Of a DNA stretch of 64,000 bases, positions 54,406-62,723 are shown piece by piece. Numbering within the stretch: position 1 is the first letter of the stretch; each line of letters begins with the position of its first letter. The stretch comes from a virus, in the IMG/VR virus record IMGVR_UViG_3300042564_006854, positions 4,579 to 68,578 of that record; one strand, given 5' to 3'. Both the position numbers and the translations under genes were made by a program. The notes beneath the pieces were generated by a model. That model saw only the letters and a program-made list of their open reading frames with translations. It ran no database searches and was not told the origin of the DNA.

Positions 54406-56124
54406 TTAAAGTTGACCTTCGCCTGAAGTTTCACCACCGTCTTTTACTTCGCTACCGCCTTCTGCAGGAGCTTCACCAGCTGGTGCGGGAGCTGCACCGC
54501 CGCCAGCAGGAGGCATTCCGCCAGCAGGAGGCATTCCAGCTGCAGCAGCTTCTTCTGAATCTTCATCTATTTGTTGATCAAACCATACTTGATTTGACTG
54601 AATTTCATTTTCAGTCATTTTCAATTCTTCTCTAATTAAATATTCAGTTGCAAAGTATGGAGTCCCATCGTCTCGTAATACTCCTTTTTTAGCTTGGAAT
54701 GAAGCTATTCGTTTTGCCTCAATTTCATTTTTCTTCATCTCCTCAAATACATTATCATTATTATAGGTAATACCGATTGAATTATTGAATTTATAGTCAT
54801 CTGCTATTTCTGGAAAATCTAGACACATTTGTAAATACCAAGGCTTAACCATCATTTCTGAAAAAGCAGAACGTAGTCGATTAATAAATTTTTGGTATCT
54901 TATCTCTTCACGAGTTATACCTTCAGCATTGAGAGTAAATGCACCCATTCCAGATTGACCTTCCCATCTAGAGTAAGGAATCTTTGAATCCATTTTTAAT
55001 TTTTTGTAGAAATAGTTAAGTAATTCTGAACCCGATAAATTTGGTCCAGGTGTTTGAAGAGCCTCTATTTTAACCTGCTGATTTTGATCATTTACAGGCA
55101 TAACATAATTCTTATAGAAGAGAATATTTGGTTTACCATCAACGTTTAATTCTCCAGTATCTCCATTAAATGAAATATCCTCCTTGAACATATTCATAAA
55201 TTCACGAACATCCTCTTGACCTTTTTGAAAACTTTTACTTCCGATTGGAACGGTTGTTGTTAATCTAATTGGAGCATTCATAACGTGCCAAATAACTTTA
55301 CTGTGTTCAATAATACGCAATAGGTTAAATGATCTAATTAAGCGTTCAACAAAGGAGACTCTTTTTGTTCTAAAGTGATTAGCATACGAAATATAGATTA
55401 CTTGAGAGTCATTAAGTACTCGAGTAGAGCCGCTCTGTTGATCGTATTGTAGCCATTGCATATAAACTTTACCTTTAGCATCCTTTTGTAATTGTGGAGC
55501 AATACTTGCGGGGTCTAATTCTTTAAATCCGATAATTTCCTTAGGTTTTTCTAAATTATCATAGATAATCTCAAAGGAAAGGTGTCCCTCTACTAGGAAT
55601 TGAAAGGCATATTGCCAAGCTGAAATACTTTCAGAAAATCCCCAAGCAGTATAGACTTTTTCAAAATTATTATTATATTTTTTAATAATTTTATCTTGAA
55701 AAATTAGACGCTCCTCTTTAGTATTTCCATGATATAGCATTTTACCAGTAAGATCCCTAGGATAGATAAATCTATTTTCTTCATCAAATACAATCATGTC
55801 ATCAACAATTGTCTCAAGAACAAATTCAATTTCACCATTTGATGCAATATCTCGTAGACGTTCCCTTTTTACTACATAGTCAAGTTGAAAAAAAGCAATT
55901 GCCTTTGATCTTAATTGAGAAGTAGTATCTGAAATTGCCATTGAGAACTTTAATAATTCATCATTTGCATTTAATCTAGAAGTACGAGATTGTAGTTGGC
56001 CTTCAATGAAACCAATTGCTTGTGAATTTTTAAGTAAAAGATCCTCGTGTCGAGTTCCAAATTTACTTAAGTTTGATAGAGCACTACCTGCTCTTCTTCC
56101 TGATGTATCTAAAAATCCTGCCAT
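54406..56124 (-). CDS. portal vertex protein, T4 gp20-like
   Basis: [22 protein letters not shown] vs T4 gp20 [41 protein letters not shown] vs [20 protein letters not shown]; Ala/Pro/Gly/Glu-rich C-terminal tail as in gp20; 572 aa. Confidence 0.75.
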   Translation of the reverse strand: [572 protein letters not shown]

Positions 56125-56125
56125 A

Positions 56126-56743
56126 TTATACTAATGTATTTGTTAAAAAGTCTTCAAAAACTTTTGCCAGATTTATTGGATCTGGATAGAGACCATCTAC
56201 TGAAAGTGTTGGATTGACGAGCATACCAAAATTATCCCAGTCAATTAACCTAGCTTCTAGTACTTGGTCCATGTTGTATTTATTTATTGCGTAATTTAAG
56301 TTGTTTACCCCAAGTATAGTGCTAAGAGCAGTTGGCGTAATTAAATAGAATCGATTATCAATTAATCTTCTCTCTTCAAGTGGTCGAAGTTTTCCATCCT
56401 TATCAAAAAGATTATTAAGACCATTTAATTTAGAAAATTGCCAATATGCTTCTAAAATTTTAGCTTGTGCTCTGGGTGGAATTACTTTTAGATTTAGAAC
56501 AAGGGCAGTTTCTTTCCAGTTATCATGGAAAAGAAGAAGTCCAACTGGGTTAAGATCAAGATAATTTCTCTTATTATATACTTGGACAAATTCTTCAGTT
56601 ATTGCTGGAACCTGTACTTGCGTCTTAAATGAATAAAATCTACCTGGAATAACCTGTCCACGAGTTTGAACAATTCCATAGTTTTTTGCAACTATATTTA
56701 ATGGTAGAGTGCCATTGTTTTTTACAAGGTCGTTGAAATTCAT
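56126..56743 (-). CDS. hypothetical virion-associated protein
   Basis: 205-aa ORF directly upstream of and co-oriented with the portal gene; position is compatible with T4-type synteny but there is no sequence support for a specific role. Confidence 0.35.
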   Translation of the reverse strand: MNFNDLVKNNGTLPLNIVAKNYGIVQTRGQVIPGRFYSFKTQVQVPAITEEFVQVYNKRNYLDLNPVGLLLFHDNWKETALVLNLKVIPPRAQAKILEAYWQFSKLNGLNNLFDKDGKLRPLEERRLIDNRFYLITPTALSTILGVNNLNYAINKYNMDQVLEARLIDWDNFGMLVNPTLSVDGLYPDPINLAKVFEDFLTNTLV

Positions 56744-56754
56744 TATCTAATATT

Positions 56755-57255
56755 TTACACTTTATTAAAGAGAAAGTTTTCAGTAATTATACCGAATCTC
56801 ATATTATTATTTTTAGCATATACTTTAGCTGCTCTAAATTTGGCATCATTTATAATATATGCTTTAGCGTGACGAGCATAATTAAGAGTGGCCTTTTCAG
56901 TAAGTCGATTTGGCGGTTCAGGTGGACTTAGGTATTTATGAGGCTTTACCTCAATCAACCATTTAGTAATCTCACCCTCTGGTGACCGTGTCGCCATATA
57001 ACAATCAACCCAATAAGTAGACTCCTTTTTTAGGATAGGGTTCCAGTATTTAATTGGCATGGGCTCTGATGCGTATTCAACAACTGCCTCAGTATTATCA
57101 CAATAGGATAGAAACTTTAATTCCCAACTTGATCGATAAATTATTTTGGTTACATCGCCAGAATATTTTTCAGGATTCATTGGAGTAAAATAACCCTGTT
57201 TGACTTTTCCTCGTTGAGGTTTTAGAAAATCATGTATGTTTCTTTCTTCTTTCAT
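56755..57255 (-). CDS. possible PD-(D/E)xK nuclease-fold protein
   Basis: IIYRSSWELKF...WVDCY...ITKWLIEVKP gives a D...E-x-K arrangement; weak. Confidence 0.3.
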   Translation of the reverse strand: MKEERNIHDFLKPQRGKVKQGYFTPMNPEKYSGDVTKIIYRSSWELKFLSYCDNTEAVVEYASEPMPIKYWNPILKKESTYWVDCYMATRSPEGEITKWLIEVKPHKYLSPPEPPNRLTEKATLNYARHAKAYIINDAKFRAAKVYAKNNNMRFGIITENFLFNKV

Positions 57256-57271
57256 ATTAATTATTTATTTA

Positions 57272-57302
57272 ATAAAAAACCCGCCTCTGTAAAAGAAGCG
57301 GG
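57272..57302 (-). terminator. rho-independent terminator (minus strand)
   Basis: Minus-strand CCCGCTTCT-TTTAC-AGAGGCGGG followed by TTTTTTATT after gene 57333-57641. Confidence 0.5.
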
Positions 57303-57332
57303 TCAACTAAACTTAATATGTCAAAATTAAGA

Positions 57333-57641
57333 TTATCCTAAGTATTTTTCAATTAGTCTATCAGCATCTTCTGGACCAAGTTTTCCAGTTTCTACTAATT
57401 TTACCAATAGTGCAGCAATTACCACTTTTTCTGGAACGTCCTCATCTGAAACTTCAACTTCTCCACGTTCAGCAGCAGCTGATAAATCATCGTAAGCTTC
57501 AGCAGCAGCCGACTCTACCTCCTCTTCTGAACCAACTAATTCAACTAATTCATCAAGTAAAGATTCATCTAGGTCAAACTCTAGATCAGTCTCCTCCATT
57601 TCATTTATTCTGTATTCTCTTAAAGACATTACTCTTCTCAT
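57333..57641 (-). CDS. hypothetical acidic protein
   Basis: 102-aa Glu/Asp/Ala-rich ORF. Confidence 0.4.
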   Translation of the reverse strand: MRRVMSLREYRINEMEETDLEFDLDESLLDELVELVGSEEEVESAAAEAYDDLSAAAERGEVEVSDEDVPEKVVIAALLVKLVETGKLGPEDADRLIEKYLG

Positions 57642-57666
57642 GAGCTATAATTTTTTTATTATTTAT

Positions 57667-58803
57667 TTACACATAGAGCAAATCTAGTGGAGATTCTGAA
57701 AAGTTGGACAAAACATATTCATTAAATGATTCGAGGGTAAGTGAAGTATCCTGTTTTTTCATAAATGTATAGAGGTCATTGACGTCTTTTATTAATCGAA
57801 CAATTCGATAATCCGCACTAAATCTTTTTCGTAAATCTGACATTACTTGATTCCATAGAAAAACACGATATCCTTTTTTAATAAGATCAAGCGATTGTGT
57901 TTTACCTGCTGAATCACTATCAAAAAGAATTAATGTATTTGATTTAGTTAATAGATTTTCAAGCAGTAATTTACTTTTTGAAATACCAGTTGTTGCAATT
58001 GCGTTATTAAGAAACATTGCATCAATTTGACCCTCAGTAACCATAATAGGTTTTGAAAAGTCAACATTAAGTACATTAAAGTAATTATTAACATTATCGA
58101 TATCTGAAAGAATATCATCACTAATATTTTTAATGAGACCGTTCTTTTTTAGTTCAGAGTAGTTTTTAATTAGATATTTTGGACCAAACGTATCTTCACC
58201 GATTCTACGTATTGCAAAACCAAGTATTTTACCAGAACGTTGATCTAGGTTAAAAAGATATATCTTATCCTCTCTTGAGTCAAAATAACTACACCTATTA
58301 AACGCTGGTAGATTATCTAGAGATCGGCCGCTAATAAAGAGACCAAGTTCAGTATCTGGATCAATTTCACTACATGGAGTTAATGAAAATCTGTGAGCAA
58401 CCTCTTCTATTTTTAGGAGATGGTCACTTGCATTTTTATTAATTAGTAATTCGATTAAGGAACCTCTCTTCTTTTTAGAAGTTTGAGGTACCCATTTAAC
58501 TTCTGATGATTTTACATCAGGTATTCCAAGAGAATATTTAAGAGAAAACTTTGCAATAAATTTAGGAAGATCTGCTTTTACTCCACAACCATCATTATAG
58601 CATTTATAAAAACCTCGTTCAGGATAGAGATTACCCCTTTTCTTTTTAGAATCAGTCTTGGAATCTCCGCAATATGGGCAAGCAAAATTAAGTTTTTCGC
58701 CAGATTCATAAACCATTTGCTTAAGCCTATCTTCAGGAAATCTTTTCTTTAAGAGATCTTTTATAAATCTCTCTATATTATAACCCGTCAACAAATCAAA
58801 CAT
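57667..58803 (-). CDS. DNA primase (zinc finger plus TOPRIM; T4 gp61 / T7 gp4 primase type)
   Basis: CPYCGDSK...C.NDGC zinc-binding motif and TOPRIM MVTEGQIDAMFL...ILFDSDSAG. Confidence 0.75.
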   Translation of the reverse strand: MFDLLTGYNIERFIKDLLKKRFPEDRLKQMVYESGEKLNFACPYCGDSKTDSKKKRGNLYPERGFYKCYNDGCGVKADLPKFIAKFSLKYSLGIPDVKSSEVKWVPQTSKKKRGSLIELLINKNASDHLLKIEEVAHRFSLTPCSEIDPDTELGLFISGRSLDNLPAFNRCSYFDSREDKIYLFNLDQRSGKILGFAIRRIGEDTFGPKYLIKNYSELKKNGLIKNISDDILSDIDNVNNYFNVLNVDFSKPIMVTEGQIDAMFLNNAIATTGISKSKLLLENLLTKSNTLILFDSDSAGKTQSLDLIKKGYRVFLWNQVMSDLRKRFSADYRIVRLIKDVNDLYTFMKKQDTSLTLESFNEYVLSNFSESPLDLLYV

Positions 58804-60232
58804 TCTCTTCCTCCTCTAATTCAAGTGTAGGATTTAATTTTTCTTTCTTTTTAGTCATACGTTTTAAATATTTGTCGAGCTCAGGCTTAGGGACAATCGT
58901 GGTATTTAAACCATATTTCGTAATAACTCCAAGATATTCTTGGAAATCTTCTTCTGGAATATCGATATCTGCATTTCCAATCACTTTCCAGAATTTTTCA
59001 GGAACTTCGATATATTGTAATGTTTCCTGGTCAACAATATAGAGTGGATAGATATCGGCATCAGTAAGTACTTTTTTACTCTTAACTGTAACTAGATCAA
59101 CTGCTCTTTTTAAATTTGAGTCAAGTGAGCTCATTTTCATTGCAGTAAGTAGTCGATTTACTGGTTCAACGATTAGTGAAAAGAATTGTGAATCAATATC
59201 CATTAAGAGAGCAATTTCATCTGGATAAGAACCTGGAGAATATGCAAATACATCGTGTCCTCCATCATTTTTTTCAGGATTACAATAGTAAAATTTAATT
59301 TTATCTTTTTCTCTAATTTTAGGATATTTTTCAATAAGTCCTGTTTTAATTAAGATATGATTGTAGATAGCTGCAGCTCTTGGAAAAATAGAGATACCTT
59401 TTTTAAGCTCAAGTCTCTCTTCACTAGTAATATACTTATTGTATACTCGAATATTAAAATTGAAGGCTAATTCATCTGGATGCATAGAAATAGCTTCATT
59501 TTTTAGTGCAGTAAGTCTAGGAATAATGTCGCGCTCAATATCAAGTCTCTTACCTCGATCCATAATAAATGAAGTAAGCTCAGTAAGTTTAGTTCTAGCC
59601 CAAATAGGATATGAACCTTTAACTGGTTCAAGACCCTTGATAATTAAATATCTCTTTTCTTGCGGTTCAAGTTCGTAATTAGGATTAGGTTCGTATGCTA
59701 CTCTAATTGCGTAATTTTTCTTCTTAAGCCAAATACCAGTTTCAGAAAGATTTTCTAGTTTAAATTTTAGTCGATTCTTAGTATTGAATAATTTACCGTA
59801 TTTTTCAAAACATTGATCAAAATAGTTAGAGAGACGATATCGGTCAATATTAATACAAATATTAAGCATTTCGTCCTTTGTAAAATCTGCACCCTGTATT
59901 GATTCTAGAGCAGAGTCAAACTGTACATAAATTGAGTCAGTATCAGTATAGATTGCAGCTTCATCATTGACTTTATTAATTTGGTATCCACTAAGTCCAA
60001 GTTTTTCATGCAATTCAGTATCAAGATGCCACTTTTCTAAAAAATAATGATTTACTGCTTTAATCGAAAATTTAATTAAATCCTGTCCCTGTAAAGTAAT
60101 CGATTGTGCAATATCTGGATTGTAAAAGTAGAACCATTTATTGCCGAATGCTCCATATATACTATTAATTAGGATCTTTATTGCATTTTGCTTAAGATCA
60201 AGTTTTTTAAGATGCTTTGATTTGTCTTCCAT
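58796..60232 (-). CDS. family-B DNA polymerase, C-terminal fragment (motifs B and C plus thumb only)
   Basis: KILINSIYGAFG (motif B K-x3-NS-x-YG) and AIYTDTDSIYVQ (motif C YxDTDS); there is no motif A (DxxSLYPS) or exonuclease domain, and a stop codon lies 3 codons upstream of the ATG. Confidence 0.8.
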   Translation of the reverse strand: MEDKSKHLKKLDLKQNAIKILINSIYGAFGNKWFYFYNPDIAQSITLQGQDLIKFSIKAVNHYFLEKWHLDTELHEKLGLSGYQINKVNDEAAIYTDTDSIYVQFDSALESIQGADFTKDEMLNICINIDRYRLSNYFDQCFEKYGKLFNTKNRLKFKLENLSETGIWLKKKNYAIRVAYEPNPNYELEPQEKRYLIIKGLEPVKGSYPIWARTKLTELTSFIMDRGKRLDIERDIIPRLTALKNEAISMHPDELAFNFNIRVYNKYITSEERLELKKGISIFPRAAAIYNHILIKTGLIEKYPKIREKDKIKFYYCNPEKNDGGHDVFAYSPGSYPDEIALLMDIDSQFFSLIVEPVNRLLTAMKMSSLDSNLKRAVDLVTVKSKKVLTDADIYPLYIVDQETLQYIEVPEKFWKVIGNADIDIPEEDFQEYLGVITKYGLNTTIVPKPELDKYLKRMTKKKEKLNPTLELEEEENV

Positions 60233-60323
60233 GTAGTGTTATACTTTTGAACGAACCTTAGTTTCGCACAAGCCTAAGATACTACATAATTAGAGTCGAT
60301 TAAACCTTTCAAAAAATAATTGA

Positions 60324-60333
60324 GGATAAATAA
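60324..60333 (+). promoter_or_regulatory. late-promoter-like motif GGATAAATAA
   Basis: Lies 25 nt upstream of ATG 60350, which has an AAGGAG ribosome-binding site. Confidence 0.4.
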
Positions 60334-60349
60334 CAAAAAGGAGTTAGGT

Positions 60350-60976
60350 ATGGATGACCGTGACCATGATGCATCGAGAGATATTACATCAGAACTAAAA
60401 ACGGCTCTTCCATTTATGTCAGAATTTCCATTTGGAGACTATGAAATAACAATGGTAGAGAGTGGTGATGACTCCTTAGCTCTTGGCGTTTCGCCATTAC
60501 TAATTAAAGAAATTGGTGATCACAGTAAGATCGAAAGTATTAATTTCTACTATTCTGATGAATTATCAAATATTTCAATTTCACTTTATCGAGGAGATGT
60601 CGAATGGATTGCTGAAACAGCACATCTAGTCAAAAAACTTGATGCGTTTAGAAAAGAACTAGACGATGCACTAGTTAGTGATAATTTAATTGATAAAATT
60701 AAAGTAATTAAATCAGGTCGAAAATTTTCAAAATTAATCGACTGTGAAAATGTTACTGGACTTGATTTTGGTGAACTATTATCAAATTTCTTAATTATTC
60801 ACGATACTGTATTACATTCAAAAATAAAATTGGGTTTGCAAAAATTAAGCGAGGCCACGCTAAAATCTACTGAATTTTCAGAAAAACAATATAGAGCGGT
60901 TAGTGCCTTCCTTAATTTTCAAATCCACTATGCAAAAATTCTGTTAGGAATTGTAATTGCATCTAAAATATACTAA
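60350..60976 (+). CDS. hypothetical protein
   Basis: Start preferred at the Met preceded by AAAAGGAGTTAGGT; 208 aa. Confidence 0.45.
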   Translation: MDDRDHDASRDITSELKTALPFMSEFPFGDYEITMVESGDDSLALGVSPLLIKEIGDHSKIESINFYYSDELSNISISLYRGDVEWIAETAHLVKKLDAFRKELDDALVSDNLIDKIKVIKSGRKFSKLIDCENVTGLDFGELLSNFLIIHDTVLHSKIKLGLQKLSEATLKSTEFSEKQYRAVSAFLNFQIHYAKILLGIVIASKIY

Positions 60977-60979
60977 AAT

Positions 60980-61744
60980 ATGGCAAGAGGAAGAAGTAAA
61001 CTAAGTAAAGACGAGATTGAAGAGATTGATCTTTGGCAAAAAGAAAGAGAAGCACTGGTTACTGCCAAGCTCTTTACAAATAAGATAGAAATAAAGTGTA
61101 GATCCAAAGCTCAAAAGGATGCGATCACAGCTATTGAAAATCACGACATATCAATTATAACTGGTCCTCCAGGAACAGGTAAAACTTATCTCTCTTGCGC
61201 AAGAGCCTTGAAATACGTAAAGGATGATCCTGGAACTTACAAAAAGATTATCTTAATAAAATCAGTTAATGTACCTAAGGATGAGGAAATAGGTTACCTA
61301 AAGGGGACAATGGAAGAGAAAATGGAGATGTACATGTATCCATTTATCTCAAATTTCCATAAAGTTATTGGTAAACAGGCAACAGAGGCCCTTAAAGCAA
61401 ATGGAACAATTGAGATTCTTCCAATTAAGTTTGCTCTAGGAGTTACACTAGACGATTCAATTATTCTAGTCGATGAAGCTCAACAAATAGCAAAAGATCA
61501 CCTACATACTCTAATTACTAGGATTGGAACCAATTCTAAAATGGTTTTCTTAGGAGACATTAAACAAAAATCAGTAAATAAGGGTCAAAGGAGTGCTCTT
61601 GAAATCTTAATGAAATATTTTATTGAGATTGAGGAAATTGGAATCACTCAGCTTTCAAATGATGATATTGTGCGCCATCCAATTATTAAAAAGATTGAAG
61701 TAGTATTTGAAAAAATTGAAAATGAGGAAAAGCTAAATAAATAA
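60980..61744 (+). CDS. phoH: PhoH-like ATPase
   Basis: ITGPPGTGKTYLSCARALKYV Walker A in the PhoH context; ILVDEAQQ Walker B; 254 aa, typical of marine phage PhoH. Confidence 0.8.
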   Translation: MARGRSKLSKDEIEEIDLWQKEREALVTAKLFTNKIEIKCRSKAQKDAITAIENHDISIITGPPGTGKTYLSCARALKYVKDDPGTYKKIILIKSVNVPKDEEIGYLKGTMEEKMEMYMYPFISNFHKVIGKQATEALKANGTIEILPIKFALGVTLDDSIILVDEAQQIAKDHLHTLITRIGTNSKMVFLGDIKQKSVNKGQRSALEILMKYFIEIEEIGITQLSNDDIVRHPIIKKIEVVFEKIENEEKLNK

Positions 61745-61761
61745 AAATAAAATTAAAAATT

Positions 61762-62274
61762 GTGAAAAAAGTAGTTAAATCATTCAGCCAATTTATAAAT
61801 GAAGCTAAGTTCTATCATTCATTACCAAATAGATCAAATTCAGGAAGAACTAGACTAAGAGATGAGTATCGTAATCTTCCAAGTGCTGAACAGGACGATA
61901 TTCAGTTAATTGCATCTCAAATTGAAGAACTTGATCCAGCATCGATCGGAGCAATTGCAGATAAATTAAGCAGATTTGATAATATCCAGCAAGTAAAAGA
62001 TTTTATGATTAAAAGATTAGAATATTTGGAACAATTAGATGATTCAGAAGAAGAGGAGTCAGATAGATTTGAACAAGACTTTAATCGCAATCTATTTAAT
62101 TTAAGAAAAAATGAAAATTACGGCTTATTTGAAAATGAAAAAGGAGATGAGGTTGATTTAAAAATATACCAATCTGAATTAAATCTCTTAAATAGACTTA
62201 AACCAACTGCTGAAAAACACTTAAAAAGAAAAAAGTTTCTTGAAAAAGAAATTGCAAGATTATCTAAAAACTAA
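61762..62274 (+). CDS. internal-protein-like protein with capsid-targeting-like N-terminus (paralog A)
   Basis: MKKVVKSFSQFINE|AKFYHSLP; GTG start; TAAATAAATAAAAATAAAA motif upstream; 170 aa. Confidence 0.5.
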   Translation: MKKVVKSFSQFINEAKFYHSLPNRSNSGRTRLRDEYRNLPSAEQDDIQLIASQIEELDPASIGAIADKLSRFDNIQQVKDFMIKRLEYLEQLDDSEEEESDRFEQDFNRNLFNLRKNENYGLFENEKGDEVDLKIYQSELNLLNRLKPTAEKHLKRKKFLEKEIARLSKN

Positions 62275-62316
62275 AAAAAAAGCCTATTTTAAAATAAATA
62301 AAAATAAAAAAATATT

Positions 62317-62670
62317 ATGAAAAAAAATATTGTAAAAACTTTTGGACAATACGTTAATGAAGCAAAGTTTCATCATTCATTGCCACAAGGAGAAACTAGA
62401 TTACGTGATCAATTTAGAGGATCAGATAGTGGTGTTCAGGGAGAGATTGAACAATTGGCATCAGAATTAGACCAAGCTGGATTGTTAAAGCAATTTACTA
62501 AAACTCTTTCTAGATTTAGATCAATTGAAGAGCTTAAGGATGCAATGATGAGCGCAGCAACTAGTATGGACACAATGGAGGAACCTTCTTGGAATATTAG
62601 AGGAGCTGAAGGCGAAGATGAAGAAAATACATCTGGCGGAGGATATTATTACGCACCAAGCGACTATTAA
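62317..62670 (+). CDS. internal-protein-like protein with capsid-targeting-like N-terminus (paralog B)
   Basis: MKKNIVKTFGQYVNE|AKFHHSLP...RLRDQFRG parallels paralog A; 117 aa. Confidence 0.5.
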   Translation: MKKNIVKTFGQYVNEAKFHHSLPQGETRLRDQFRGSDSGVQGEIEQLASELDQAGLLKQFTKTLSRFRSIEELKDAMMSAATSMDTMEEPSWNIRGAEGEDEENTSGGGYYYAPSDY

Positions 62671-62691
62671 ATTTAAAAATTTTATCTAAAA

Positions 62692-62723
62692 TAAAAAAGC
62701 GACTCATTCGGGTCGCTTTTTTG
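62692..62723. terminator. bidirectional rho-independent terminator
   Basis: AAAAAAGCGAC-TCATTCGG-GTCGCTTTTTTG between convergent genes. Confidence 0.6.

Noticed and set aside
56126-56743. Calling this ORF the gp19 tail-tube protein by synteny with the portal gene
   Set aside because: There is no recognisable similarity to T4 gp19, and the local gene order (nuclease-like ORF upstream instead of the sheath gene) does not follow T4 synteny.
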